Below, one piece after another: positions 1-9,642 of a stretch of 64,000 nucleotides of DNA. A model generated the notes under the pieces. That model was not told the DNA's origin, searched no databases, and was given only the letters and a program-made list of their open reading frames with translations. Position 1 is the stretch's first letter. Each line of letters begins with the position of its first letter. The translations under genes were made by a program, and so were the position numbers. Source of the DNA: a bacterium. GTDB lineage: Bacteria; Patescibacteriota; Microgenomatia; Daviesbacterales; UBA10151. The stretch is taken from the NCBI GenBank assembly GCA_021786105.1, contig JAJYNW010000010.1:35330-99329 (forward strand). The letters run 5' to 3'.

Positions 1-267
1 AAAGGCGGCCGAGAAGACTCAGTATTAAAGGAAGAGAGTGAGGCAAAAGTTTTAGAAAACTATTTGCCAGCCCGTCTGTCAACTGAGGAATTGACTAAAA
101 TTGTTGAGGGTACTATAAATGAGTTGGGAGCCAGTACTATGCAGGATATGGGAAGAGTGATAGGAGCGGTGATGGGTAAGGTTAAGGGTCAAGCGAGTGG
201 CGGTGCAGTATCGGCTATTGTTAAAGAAAAGTTGTCAACTCTACAAGAAGGCTCTTCGGAGCCGTAG
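1..267 (+). CDS. GatB/YqeY domain protein (5' truncated by window)
   Basis: Open frame from base 1 (KGGREDSVLKEESEAKVLENYLP...MQDMGRVIGAVMGKVKGQASG), typical YqeY C-terminus. Confidence 0.85.
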   Translation, partial: KGGREDSVLKEESEAKVLENYLPARLSTEELTKIVEGTINELGASTMQDMGRVIGAVMGKVKGQASGGAVSAIVKEKLSTLQEGSSEP

Positions 268-268
268 G

Positions 269-342
269 CCTGAGCGGTTAGCGAAGGATTGCGGTCGGAA
301 TGTGGAAGATTGCCACGTCGCCTTCGGCTTCTCGCAATGACA
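269..342. repeat. Composite palindromic repeat (CCTGAGC..GAAGGA unit + AGATTGCCACGTCGC..CTCGCAATGACA half-element)
   Basis: 307-342 matches the right arm of the copies at 11091-11124, 23840-23873 and 30647-30680; 269-288 resembles 17880-17907 and 32681-32700. Confidence 0.8.
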
Positions 343-353
343 GAGAAACATTT

Positions 354-767
354 ATGGTAAATATCATTGTAAATTCTGACCCCAGATATAATATTAATAA
401 AGACAGCATTAAGACTGCAGTATCAGAGATTTTATCCCAGCATCGTATCTCTGGTAAGGTTGAATTAGGGATTAATATTGTGGGTGACCGGAAAATGCAT
501 GAACTCAATCGTAAGTATCGCGGTTTAGACTCTACCACCAATATTTTATCTTTTGCCTTAGAAGATTCTAATCCGGCCAACTTGCAACATATTCCCAGGA
601 TTGGTTTTGTGGCAGCACCTGATAAGTGGTTGAGGTTGGGTGATATTATCATTTCCTACCCACAAGCTTTGGAAGATGCTTCAATGGACGGAATTTCGGT
701 TGATGAGGAGATTAGGGATTTAGTAGAGCATGGGTTAAACCATTTATTAGGGATTCACCACAATTAA
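354..767 (+). CDS. ybeY: rRNA maturation endoribonuclease YbeY
   Basis: LNRKYRG..TNILSF, LGDIIIS, EHGLNHLLG motifs. Start moved to ATG 354 because 300-353 is repeat-derived. Confidence 0.9.
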   Translation: MVNIIVNSDPRYNINKDSIKTAVSEILSQHRISGKVELGINIVGDRKMHELNRKYRGLDSTTNILSFALEDSNPANLQHIPRIGFVAAPDKWLRLGDIIISYPQALEDASMDGISVDEEIRDLVEHGLNHLLGIHHN

Positions 768-2320
768 TGGAAAACATTGCCTATTACTTAAAGTATCGTC
801 CCCAAACTCTTGGCGAACTGGTAGGCCAGACATCGGTAAAAAAAACTCTCCTGTCATCTTTTCAAAATAATAAGCTGTCTCACGCGTATCTTTTTGTCGG
901 TCCCCGCGGTACCGGCAAAACCTCAACCGCCAGAATCTTGGCCAAGATGGTCAATTGTTCCGCAGAGCAAAATATTCCTTGCAATAAGTGCGAAGCGTGT
1001 ATATCTATAACAGACGGATCAAACCTTGATCTTATTGAAATTGATGCTGCTTCCAATCGCGGTATCGAAGATATCAGATTGCTGCGCGACAAAATCAAAC
1101 TCGCCCCCACTAGTGCTAAAAAGAAAGTTTACATCATTGACGAAGTGCATATGCTAACCACGGAGGCTTTTAATGCGCTTTTGAAGACTTTGGAAGAACC
1201 TCCTAAACATGCTTTATTTATTCTGGCAACTACGGAGGGTAATAAAGTTCCCCCAACAATTTTGTCCCGGGTGCAGAAGTTAGATTTTAAGTTGGCCACC
1301 TCAGAAGAATTGTTAGAAGCTTTGAAAAAAATTGTCACGGTGGAAAAAATTGATATTGACGAAGAGGCTTTAAAAAACCTGGTTAAAAAATCAAACGGTT
1401 CTTTTAGGGATGGAGTGAAATTATTGGACCAAGTTTCAATGGGAGAGAAAATTACTGTAAAGCTCGTTGATGAAAGCTTAAAATCTTCCCAATTTGAAAA
1501 TATTTTGGAGTTAGTGCAAAGCCTAAAAAACAAAAATGCCGAGGCCTGTTTATTGAGCTTATCGGGGCAAATAGAAAATGGGGTTGATGTTAAAGAGCTA
1601 ATGCTGTCTTTGATGGATATTTTGAGGAATTTAGTTTTCATAAAAAATGGATTAGGTGAACAATTAGTAAAAGTCCATTTAACGGAAGATAAATATAAAC
1701 AACTGGAAGAGCTGGCGGAAAATTTTAGCCCTGATAATCTAATCAGAGCTTTAGATATTCTGCAAATCAGTCTTGAGAAAATGAAATTTGCTCCAATACC
1801 GTCATTGCCGCTGGAATTGGCAATTGTGGAAATCTGTGGGTTAGTAAATCAGCAGGTCAGAGCATCAGCAAGTCAGCAAGTCAGTGAACCAATGGATTCT
1901 GCCGATACTCCGATCTCATCTGAAACGCAGGTAGATGATCAGATTCCGGAAGCGCCTGTCTCAGGTAATGCTGATATTGCCAAACTGAAGGAAAAATGGA
2001 CTTTTGTATTAGAGACAATAAGACCCTTTAATTTTTCTCTGGAAGCATTGTTAAGATCCATTAATATTGCAGAATGCACTGAAAGTTCAGTGATCATGGA
2101 AGTGCCATACTCGTTTCATCAAAGAATTTTAGAAGCTCCAAAAAATAGGGATTTGGTGGAAGGAATTCTGTCGGATATTTTAGGAAGAAGCATTAGGATC
2201 TCTGCCGTATTGGGAAGCCGGCCGGCCAAAAAAGATGATGTTGCCAATATTGAGGTAGCCCAGGATGATGAAATTATTAGAGCAGCTGCTGAAATCTTTA
2301 ACTCTGATTCTGTTAACTAA
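767..2320 (+). CDS. dnaX: DNA polymerase III subunit gamma/tau
   Basis: KYRPQ, GPRGTGKT Walker A, EIDAASNRG, IIDEVHML, ALLKTLEEPP. Confidence 0.97.
   Translation: MENIAYYLKYRPQTLGELVGQTSVKKTLLSSFQNNKLSHAYLFVGPRGTGKTSTARILAKMVNCSAEQNIPCNKCEACISITDGSNLDLIEIDAASNRGIEDIRLLRDKIKLAPTSAKKKVYIIDEVHMLTTEAFNALLKTLEEPPKHALFILATTEGNKVPPTILSRVQKLDFKLATSEELLEALKKIVTVEKIDIDEEALKNLVKKSNGSFRDGVKLLDQVSMGEKITVKLVDESLKSSQFENILELVQSLKNKNAEACLLSLSGQIENGVDVKELMLSLMDILRNLVFIKNGLGEQLVKVHLTEDKYKQLEELAENFSPDNLIRALDILQISLEKMKFAPIPSLPLELAIVEICGLVNQQVRASASQQVSEPMDSADTPISSETQVDDQIPEAPVSGNADIAKLKEKWTFVLETIRPFNFSLEALLRSINIAECTESSVIMEVPYSFHQRILEAPKNRDLVEGILSDILGRSIRISAVLGSRPAKKDDVANIEVAQDDEIIRAAAEIFNSDSVN
1841..1888 (+). repeat. 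Degenerate 8-nt tandem repeat (TCAGCAAG-like) inside dnaX
   Basis: ttagtaaa tcagcagg tcagagca tcagcaag tcagcaag tcagtgaa. Confidence 0.7.
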
Positions 2321-2492
2321 ATCTCGGCATCTATACCATCAAAACAAGGAAGTATTCAGAATAAATATCCCTAGTATCTAGGGCTAAAAAATTGACATTC
2401 TTGAAGCTAGATTTCTTAAATTTACGTCCTTACTATTTATAATATAACTATGATTTCTGTTTTTTCTTTCATGTTGATATATAATAAAAACA

Positions 2493-2627
2493 ATGAAAAG
2501 AAGACTAGTAGGGAAAGATAAAAAATCGAAAGAGTTAATAGAATTTCTAAAAAAAGGTGGCAGGGAAAGATCAAAAGAAGATTTTAAAAAATTACTTAAA
2601 AAGGCTGTGCAGTCAATAAAGAAATAA
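2493..2627 (+). CDS. Small basic hypothetical protein (44 aa) inside the IS
   Basis: Read by hand: MKRRLVGKDKKSKELIEFLKKGGRERSKEDFKKLLKKAVQSIKK, TATAAT just upstream. Confidence 0.45.
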   Translation: MKRRLVGKDKKSKELIEFLKKGGRERSKEDFKKLLKKAVQSIKK

Positions 2628-2711
2628 CTATAGAGATATTCAAATCTTGTAATTTGGTATTTTTATTGCAATAATAAATTAATAATTACAAAATAATCAA
2701 TTTATAGATAA

Positions 2712-3239
2712 ATGGAAAAAACAGACAAAATCATTTTAGGTTTAAGAGGAAATGAAATTTTTGCGTATACATTATTTGTAGTTGTATTTGGTGGACTGCC
2801 AATAATAGGTGGTCTGATGTTTCTTCAACTTCCACAAGTCCAACTATTAGGATTAATTCTTTTAATTGTAGGTTTAGTTCTTACTGGATATTTTGTATTC
2901 CTTGTAATTCTGCAAAGCAAAAAAAGCGTTTCAATAGACAAAAAAATCTTAACATTGATGACTCCAAACTGGAATGGTTCCTGGATAAAAAAGACAGTAG
3001 ATCTATCAAAAACAAAAAGCATTGGATTTGTAAAAACAACAAGCTTACTCTATATGAAAAACGCAATAATGCCAGTGGGTATTCAGCACTTGGCTTTTAT
3101 TTACGAAGATCAAAGTATTAATCAACTACCTATAAACCAATTTAAAACCACAGATGTTAAGAAAATATTAAACTTAATTCATCAGAATAGTCCTTCTATT
3201 GGATTTGCTCCAGAAATAACTACTTATTTGAATAGCTAA
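2712..3239 (+). CDS. Hypothetical membrane protein (2 TM + soluble domain), IS passenger
   Basis: 175-aa ORF with two hydrophobic helices, lies between the IS ends. Confidence 0.7.
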   Translation: MEKTDKIILGLRGNEIFAYTLFVVVFGGLPIIGGLMFLQLPQVQLLGLILLIVGLVLTGYFVFLVILQSKKSVSIDKKILTLMTPNWNGSWIKKTVDLSKTKSIGFVKTTSLLYMKNAIMPVGIQHLAFIYEDQSINQLPINQFKTTDVKKILNLIHQNSPSIGFAPEITTYLNS

Positions 3240-3296
3240 ATAGTAGATAAAAAGCGGGTTTAAATTGTTTTTAAAAGACAGGAGGTGAAAATTTGT

Positions 3297-3455
3297 ATGA
3301 ATAACAACATCATAAAAGTGGGAGCAATTGTTTGCATAGTGACAGGATCAGGATTAGCCTTTTCAAATTTAAGTGGAAGCAATGATCATATCCCCCTACT
3401 GTACCATGGAGCGATAATTGCATTTGGTTTTTATATGCTACTAAAGAAAAATTAA
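3297..3455 (+). CDS. Small membrane protein (52 aa), IS passenger
   Basis: Strong SD GGAGGTGA at 3281; MNNNIIKVGAIVCIVTGSGLAFSNLSGSNDHIPLLYHGAIIAFGFYMLLKKN has two hydrophobic segments. Confidence 0.6.
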   Translation: MNNNIIKVGAIVCIVTGSGLAFSNLSGSNDHIPLLYHGAIIAFGFYMLLKKN

Positions 3456-3485
3456 AGTGTCAGATAAATTTACCATCCTTAAAAA

Positions 3486-3505
3486 AGTACCTACGCGTAG
3501 GTACT
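3486..3505. other. Perfect 20-bp palindrome between convergent IS genes (possible terminator or binding site)
   Basis: AGTACCTACG|CGTAGGTACT. Confidence 0.6.
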
Positions 3506-3582
3506 AAAATTTGTTGTTTTTGAGGCTGAATTTGTTAAAAACACAGACTCTTTATTCTTATATAAATATAAGATGATGCAAA

Positions 3583-4530
3583 CTAAGCAACTTTGACTTG
3601 AGAGATAACTTTTATATTAGCTATTTCACTTAGTAACTTTTCAAACATTTTATCCTGATATTTTCTGTTATTGTATCTCCAACTATATTCATCAATATAT
3701 GCCTGTAAGTATTTTTTAGATACAACTCTGTACACTCCATAAATACCTCGTTTTAGAATTGACCAAAGATTTTCAACATTCTGGGTATAAATATCACCAA
3801 CTACATAAGTTTCTTTATGTTTTACAAAATCATGTTTATAACAGTGATATTTTAATTGGGTATATCCATAATATTCATCAGTTATAACTCGGGCTTTTGC
3901 ATCGACATGATTTTTAATCTGCTCAAGCAGTGTCCATTTGCCAGTATTGGGGATATGTTTTAAATATACTTTGTTGCCTCCTGTATCTGTCCCGTTTTTG
4001 TCTTGTTCATTTCTTTGCACCATTCCCATAACGACCTCTTTTGGTATTTCATTAAAGTTTGGTTTAAAAGCTCTATTTTTTCCTTTTCCTCCAATAAAAG
4101 TTTCATCTATTTCAACTGTGCCATCAAGTAGCTCACCATTACCACCTGAGCTTTCTGTACCAATCGTATTTACCATAAGCATTCTTATTTGCTTAAACAT
4201 TCTCCAGGCAGTTTTGTAGGTTACACCAAGCATCCGTTCTAATTGTTTTGCAGAAGTACCACTCCTGGTTTGGGTCATCAGATACATGGCAAAAAACCAA
4301 AGATCAAGTGGGGTTGTAGTTTTTTCAAAAATAGTTCCAGCAAGTGGATAAATGTGATGACCGCAATTATTGCAAGCGTAAGCAGTTCTTCCTTTAACAG
4401 TATAAAACTTTTCTTTTCCTTTGCATTTGGGACATTCCATTAAGTCGGAGAAACGAAGTCTTTTAATTACCTCAAGACACTGCTCATGAGTACCATATTC
4501 TTGTCTAAATTCTTTGAGGCTAAATTTCAT
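3583..4530 (-). CDS. IS1595-family transposase
   Basis: CPKC...CNNC zinc ribbon, TYKTAWRM HTH, VEIDETFIGG, ITDEY, TQNVENLWSILKR, YIDEYSWRYN. Confidence 0.95.
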   Translation of the reverse strand: MKFSLKEFRQEYGTHEQCLEVIKRLRFSDLMECPKCKGKEKFYTVKGRTAYACNNCGHHIYPLAGTIFEKTTTPLDLWFFAMYLMTQTRSGTSAKQLERMLGVTYKTAWRMFKQIRMLMVNTIGTESSGGNGELLDGTVEIDETFIGGKGKNRAFKPNFNEIPKEVVMGMVQRNEQDKNGTDTGGNKVYLKHIPNTGKWTLLEQIKNHVDAKARVITDEYYGYTQLKYHCYKHDFVKHKETYVVGDIYTQNVENLWSILKRGIYGVYRVVSKKYLQAYIDEYSWRYNNRKYQDKMFEKLLSEIANIKVISQVKVA

Positions 4531-4632
4531 AGGATAAACTTATCTTAGCATGAATCTTCCTTGTCGTCAAGGGATAAATGCCTAAATCTCCCCTTGACAA
4601 CCGGCTTCTTGTGGTTAACAATGGTTTCTTCC

Positions 4633-5928
4633 ATGTCATCAAAGGTTTTTAAATTAATTGCAGAAGAAGCCCACCGTCAAAAGTATGGTTTGGAAATGAT
4701 CCCTTCAGAAAATTATGTTTCCAAAGATGTTTTAAGAGCTTTGGGGTCTATCCTGACTAATAAATATTCAGAAGGTTTTCCCGGCAGACGTTATTATGGC
4801 GGCAATGAAGTGATTGATAAAATTGAAAATTATGCTGTGGATTTGGCAAAGGAATTGTTCGGTGTGCCGGCCGCGTTTGTCCAATCTTATTCCGGTTCCC
4901 CGGCCAATCAGGCTATCACGATGGCAGTTTGTGAGCCGGGTGAGATAGTGATGGGGTTGGCTTTGTCTTCCGGCGGACATTTAACCCACGGTGCTAAATT
5001 AAATTTTTCCAGTATTTTCTTTAAAGCAGTTAATTATACTGTCGGTGAAGACTGGAAAATAAATTTTGGAGAACTGGAAGCTTTGGCCAAAAAACATAAA
5101 CCAAAAATGATTTGGGTGGGAACGACTGCATATCCTTTTAAGCTGGATTATAAGAAATTCAGAAAAATTGCCGATGAAGTAAATGCCACACTGGTTGCAG
5201 ATATTTCCCACATTACCGGGTTAATTATCGGCGGTGTTCACGAGTCACCAGTACCTTACGTTGACATCATTATGACAACTACCCATAAAACTTTGCGGGG
5301 TCCGAGGGGAGCCATGATTTTGGTAACTGACCGGGGATTAAAAAGGGATCCGGAAATCAAAGGAAAAATTGAAAGAGCGATAATTCCCGGGATCCAGGGC
5401 GGGCCGCATAATCATCAAACAGCCGCTATTGCAGTAAGTTTAGAAGAAGCTTTAAAACCTTCGTTTAAAAAATATGCTGCCCAAGTTGCTAAAAATGCGG
5501 CAGTGCTGGCCAGAGAATTGGGAACAGTTTCAGAAACTCATTTGATACTTTTGACTTTAACTGAATATGGTTATGGTATGGGTTATCAGGCCCAATATGC
5601 ATTGGAGGAAGCGGGGATTACAGTTAATAAAAATACGATCCCCGGAGAACCAGCTTCTCCTTTTTATCCTTCAGGTATCCGCTTGGGAACGCCGGCTTTA
5701 ACAACCAGAGGGATGAAGGAAAAAGATATGGTTAAGGTGGCCAGTTGGATTAAGATGGTTTTGGAAGAAATTAGGAGTTTGGATTTGCCGGAAGAACAGG
5801 AAAAAAGAAAAGATTTCTTAAAAGAAGTTAGAGTTAAATTGCACCAAAATAAAAATTTGAAAAAAATCAGAAAAGAAGTGGAGAAATTTGCTGGAAAATT
5901 TCCTATGCCAGGTGTAGATGATATTTAG
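4633..5928 (+). CDS. glyA: Serine hydroxymethyltransferase
   Basis: LEMIPSEN, GRRYYGG, GGHLTHG, TTTHKTLRGPRG, GIRLGTPA. Start 4633 (or 4621) since 4561-4582 is the IS end. Confidence 0.95.
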   Translation: MSSKVFKLIAEEAHRQKYGLEMIPSENYVSKDVLRALGSILTNKYSEGFPGRRYYGGNEVIDKIENYAVDLAKELFGVPAAFVQSYSGSPANQAITMAVCEPGEIVMGLALSSGGHLTHGAKLNFSSIFFKAVNYTVGEDWKINFGELEALAKKHKPKMIWVGTTAYPFKLDYKKFRKIADEVNATLVADISHITGLIIGGVHESPVPYVDIIMTTTHKTLRGPRGAMILVTDRGLKRDPEIKGKIERAIIPGIQGGPHNHQTAAIAVSLEEALKPSFKKYAAQVAKNAAVLARELGTVSETHLILLTLTEYGYGMGYQAQYALEEAGITVNKNTIPGEPASPFYPSGIRLGTPALTTRGMKEKDMVKVASWIKMVLEEIRSLDLPEEQEKRKDFLKEVRVKLHQNKNLKKIRKEVEKFAGKFPMPGVDDI

Positions 5929-5933
5929 TTTCC

Positions 5934-5971
5934 CAATCCCGGTTTGTAATTTCAAATCCAAACCCGGATTG
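5934..5971. repeat. Intergenic stem-loop (REP-like)
   Basis: CAATCCCGGTTTG (5934-5946) / CAAACCCGGATTG (5959-5971), 12 of 13 bp complementary. Confidence 0.6.
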
Positions 5972-5982
5972 TAGGTTCAATT

Positions 5983-6828
5983 ATGAAAGTATCTGGTAAA
6001 GCAGTTGCAGCAGCCATCTCCAAAAAGCTCCAAAAAAAAATTGAAAAATTAACAGTAAAACCAACCCTCGCCATTATTTTGGTCGGAGAAGATCCTTCCT
6101 CCCGGATGTATGTTGATTTTAAAATTAAGGCGGCCAAACGAATTGGGGTGGGGATAAAATTTTATGAATTTTCCGAAGATCAATACAGAGAAACTTTAAA
6201 AACCATCCAAAAGTTAAATGCCGATAAACAAGTTCACGGGATAATAATTCAATACCCAATTTATAAAAGTTGGGACTTTGATGAGCTGTTTTCAGCAGTT
6301 GATCCAGAAAAAGATGTAGATGGCTTTCATGAAAACTCTCCTTTTGGCGGGGCTACCGCCATTGGAGTTTGGGAAATGCTGACTGCTTTTGCGCTGATTG
6401 AGGGATTTAAAAAAACAGAGGAATTTTTGAAAGATAAAAAGATTGTGGTTTTAGGTAGAGGCAAAACAGCCGGCGGCCCGATTATAAAACTTTTGGGAAG
6501 TCATGGTTTGCAGGTAACGGTGGTAGCTCACGATACTGAAAATCCGCAAAGCGTAATCAAAAGCGGAGATGTGATAATCTCGGCAACCGGGGTGAAAAAT
6601 ATTGTTAATAAAACTAATCTTAAAAACGGCAGCTTTGTGATTGGAGTTGGGGTGGGTAAAGAAATAGTGGACGGGCAGTCCAAAGTTTATGGAGATATTA
6701 ATGAAGAAGATGTAGAAAAAATTGCCAAATTATATTGCCCGACCATTGGTGGGATTGGGCCTTTGACAATTGTGAGTTTGCTCGAGAATACGATAGAGGC
6801 AAGTATCAGACAACAAAAAAAAGATTAA
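5983..6828 (+). CDS. folD: Methylene-THF dehydrogenase/cyclohydrolase
   Basis: LAIILVGEDPSS..YV..K, PEKDVDGF, GGIGPLTIVSLLEN. Confidence 0.93.
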   Translation: MKVSGKAVAAAISKKLQKKIEKLTVKPTLAIILVGEDPSSRMYVDFKIKAAKRIGVGIKFYEFSEDQYRETLKTIQKLNADKQVHGIIIQYPIYKSWDFDELFSAVDPEKDVDGFHENSPFGGATAIGVWEMLTAFALIEGFKKTEEFLKDKKIVVLGRGKTAGGPIIKLLGSHGLQVTVVAHDTENPQSVIKSGDVIISATGVKNIVNKTNLKNGSFVIGVGVGKEIVDGQSKVYGDINEEDVEKIAKLYCPTIGGIGPLTIVSLLENTIEASIRQQKKD

Positions 6829-7421
6829 TACTCTTTTCTTCCTTCCAAAGCTCTGGATAAGGTTGTTTCATCAGCATATTCCAAATCAGACCCCACCGGC
6901 AAGCCTCGGGCAATCCGGGTAACTTTTACTCCCAAAGGAGAAATCAATCTTTGGATATACATGGCAGTGGCTTCTCCTTCCATAGTCGGATTGGTGGCCA
7001 AAATTATTTCTTTAACTTTGCCATTTTTGAGTCTTGGTAAAAGTTCCCTAATATGAATTTCTGAAGGACCGATATTTTCCAAGGGGGAAATTACTCCATG
7101 CAAGACATGGTAAAGCCCTTTAAAGTTGGCTTTCTCCAAAGCCAAAACATCCAAAGGATTTTCTACTACTGTAATTACGGTTTGGTCGCGGTTTTGGTCG
7201 GAACAAATTTGGCAGGGATCTTCTTCTCCAATATTAAAACAAATTGAACAGATTTTGGTTTTTTCTTTCATGCCTAATGCGGCCTCAGCCAAAGCTTTGG
7301 TTTCAGTATCCGGCGCATGCAGAAGGTAATAGGTGAGTCTTTGGGCGGTTTTTGGCCCAATGCCGGGGAGCCTTTCAAATGCCTCGATTAAATTTTGTAC
7401 TGACTTGGGGATTTGTGCCAT
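6825..7421 (-). CDS. recR: Recombination mediator RecR
   Basis: LPGIGPKTAQRL, C4 zinc finger, ATNPTMEGEATA. Confidence 0.97.
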   Translation of the reverse strand: MAQIPKSVQNLIEAFERLPGIGPKTAQRLTYYLLHAPDTETKALAEAALGMKEKTKICSICFNIGEEDPCQICSDQNRDQTVITVVENPLDVLALEKANFKGLYHVLHGVISPLENIGPSEIHIRELLPRLKNGKVKEIILATNPTMEGEATAMYIQRLISPLGVKVTRIARGLPVGSDLEYADETTLSRALEGRKEY

Positions 7422-7487
7422 GGTGGGTGAATTTTACCATTTATAGGAGACCATTGCGAGCGCTAGAGGATTGAATTGGTATAAGTT

Positions 7488-7766
7488 TTACATTCCGGGG
7501 ATGCCTAAACCGCCCATCATACCTTTCATCTCGTCAGCTGCTACTTTTTGGGATTGTTTTAAGGCTTCGTTTACTGCTTCGGTAATTTTGTCAAAATTTT
7601 GTTCACCGGAAATGGAAATTATCTTTTGGTCAGCAGTCATGATTACTGTTACGCCTTTATGTTCCACTGTAATCTTAATCCCGGCCAGCTTTTTTTGCAT
7701 TTCCAGGGCCTGATCCCGCATTTTCTTGAGGTCTCCAAGTTGTTTTAAATTATCCATTAAACCCAT
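7488..7766 (-). CDS. ybaB: YbaB/EbfC nucleoid-associated protein
   Basis: Sequence pattern and position upstream of recR. Confidence 0.85.
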   Translation of the reverse strand: MGLMDNLKQLGDLKKMRDQALEMQKKLAGIKITVEHKGVTVIMTADQKIISISGEQNFDKITEAVNEALKQSQKVAADEMKGMMGGLGIPGM

Positions 7767-7824
7767 ATGCAGGAATTATATAATATCTTGAAAGTGAAGT
7801 CGAGATTTATGTTAAGATATCTGC

Positions 7825-8253
7825 ATGAATAGCGGAGTTAAGCAATTTGCCGGGGAGGTAAAACAGGCCACGGGGGAAGTGGCTCAAGATGTGAAAGACC
7901 AGTTTGGGCAGGCGTTGGAACAGGGTGCTCAATCAATTGCCGGCAGCCAACTTACCCCGCAACAAATTCAGCAAAAACAACAGGAAGACCAAAAAAAAGA
8001 GTTAGAAAGACAAAGACAGCTGGTTTATACCAGGAAGTGGCTTAAGGATTTGGAAATGTCTCAGCAAAAAGCCAGGATGGAAAATAAACAGAAAGAACAG
8101 CAAAGATTGCAAGGCCAGCAGCGAGAGGTGCAGGAGAAAAAGATGGCGGAAATCCAAAAAACACAGGCCACCAAAAGACCTGGTGGTACTACCCAAGATG
8201 CCATTCAAAGATCTCAGGCAGAACTAAAAGTTGGAAAAGGAGTCGGAGGGTAG
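7825..8253 (+). CDS. Gln-rich coiled-coil hypothetical protein
   Basis: 142-aa Q/K/E-rich ORF ending 2 nt before cysS. Confidence 0.7.
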   Translation: MNSGVKQFAGEVKQATGEVAQDVKDQFGQALEQGAQSIAGSQLTPQQIQQKQQEDQKKELERQRQLVYTRKWLKDLEMSQQKARMENKQKEQQRLQGQQREVQEKKMAEIQKTQATKRPGGTTQDAIQRSQAELKVGKGVGG

Positions 8254-8255
8254 GG

Positions 8256-9623
8256 ATGTTAAAGCTATATAACACACTATCACGAAAAGTTGAGGACTTT
8301 GTTCCTATAAATACACCAAAGGTTGGACTTTATACTTGTGGCCCGACCGTTTATAACTTTGTCCATATCGGCAATTTAAGAACTTATATTTTTGAAGATA
8401 TTTTGCAGAGGGTTTTAGAGGCTGATAGTTATGAAGTCAACAGAGTGATAAATATTACTGATATCGAAGACAAAATTATCAAAAAAGCTGAGGAAGAAAG
8501 AGTAAGTATTGAGGTCATTACCAAGCCGTACGAGCAGGCTTTTTTGGAAAATTTACAAAAACTTAATATTAAATCAGCCAATGTTTATCCTAGGGCCACC
8601 GAGCACATTGGCAAAATGATCAAATATATTGAAGTTTTGATTGAAAAGGGTTTGGCGTATGTGGAAAAAGATGGGTCAGTGTATTTTGATATTTCCAAAT
8701 TCCCGGAATATGGGAAGTTATCTCAGCTTGATAAACGGGAAATTAAAGCCGGAGCTAGGGTAAAAGCTGATGAATATTCCAAAGAAGATGTTGTCGATTT
8801 TGCCTTATGGAAAGCAGTCGGGTCGGATGAAATTGGTTATGATTCGCCGTGGGGCAAGGGTCGGCCGGGTTGGCATATTGAATGTTCGGTGATGAGTCAG
8901 GAATATTTGGGGGATACTTTTGATATTCACGCCGGAGCGGTTGATTTAATTTTTCCTCATCATGAAAATGAGATAGCTCAGTCTGAGGGTAAAACCGGTA
9001 AGAAGTTTGCTAATTTTTTTATTGAAGGCGAGCATTTGTTGGTAGACGGCCAAAAAATGGCCAAGTCTTTGGGTAATTTTTTCACCTTGAAGGATATTGA
9101 AGCCAAAGGATTTGACCCTTTGGCTTTCAGGTATTTGGTATTAACTGCCCATTACAGGGACAAATTAAATTTCACCTGGGAATCTTTGCAGGCTGCCCAA
9201 AATGCTTTAAATAATTTAAGGGAAATTATTCGTGATTGGCCTTCTTCTGTCATTGCGAGCCCCGAAGGGGTGCGGCAATCTTATTACCAGAAATTTATGA
9301 GTGCTGTCAATAATGATTTAAATATACCCCAAGCTTTGGCGGTAATGTGGGATATGGTCAAATCTGATAATCCAACTTCTGCCAAAGCCAAATCAATTTT
9401 GGAAATGGATAAAATTTTAGGCTTAAAGTTAGATGAATATTTAGGGAAAAAACTGGAAATTCCGGAAGAAGTACAAAAGTTAGTTAACCAAAGGGAACAA
9501 GCGCGTAAATCTGGAGACTTCAAAAAATCAGATGAACTGCGCCATGAAATTAAAAAACTAGGTTTTGAAATCGAAGATACTCCTCAAGGTCCCAAAATAA
9601 AAATTGACAAACAGCCCTCCTAG
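8256..9623 (+). CDS. cysS: Cysteine--tRNA ligase
   Basis: YTCGPTVY, HIGN, GRPGWHIECS, FPHHENE, KMAKS. Confidence 0.97.
   Translation: MLKLYNTLSRKVEDFVPINTPKVGLYTCGPTVYNFVHIGNLRTYIFEDILQRVLEADSYEVNRVINITDIEDKIIKKAEEERVSIEVITKPYEQAFLENLQKLNIKSANVYPRATEHIGKMIKYIEVLIEKGLAYVEKDGSVYFDISKFPEYGKLSQLDKREIKAGARVKADEYSKEDVVDFALWKAVGSDEIGYDSPWGKGRPGWHIECSVMSQEYLGDTFDIHAGAVDLIFPHHENEIAQSEGKTGKKFANFFIEGEHLLVDGQKMAKSLGNFFTLKDIEAKGFDPLAFRYLVLTAHYRDKLNFTWESLQAAQNALNNLREIIRDWPSSVIASPEGVRQSYYQKFMSAVNNDLNIPQALAVMWDMVKSDNPTSAKAKSILEMDKILGLKLDEYLGKKLEIPEEVQKLVNQREQARKSGDFKKSDELRHEIKKLGFEIEDTPQGPKIKIDKQPS
9248..9281 (+). repeat. Palindromic-repeat half-element in frame in cysS
   Basis: TGTCATTGCGAGCCCCGAAGGGGTGCGGCAATCT encodes VIASPEGVRQS; same family as 11042 and 23840. 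Confidence 0.85.
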
Positions 9624-9642
9624 ATATAAACTATCGGATAAT

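Larger units (their letters stand above)
2326..4582 (-). mobile_element. IS1595-family element with passenger ORFs
   Basis: Imperfect terminal inverted repeats (ggcatctataccatcaaaacaaggaag at 2326; reverse complement ggcatttatcccttgacgacaaggaag ending at 4582), 8-bp direct repeat TAAATCTC at 2318-2325 and 4583-4590, DDE transposase inside. Confidence 0.92.

Noticed and set aside
300-353. ORF-track N-terminal extension of YbeY (MWKIATSPSASRND)
   Set aside because: It is the translation of a palindromic repeat arm; ATG 354 fits the family length better.
4561-4620. Extended glyA start
   Set aside because: Overlaps the IS end, target duplication and likely promoter.
7452-7461. CATTGCGAGC between recR and ybaB as a repeat copy
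   Set aside because: Only 10 nt match with no second arm; could be chance.
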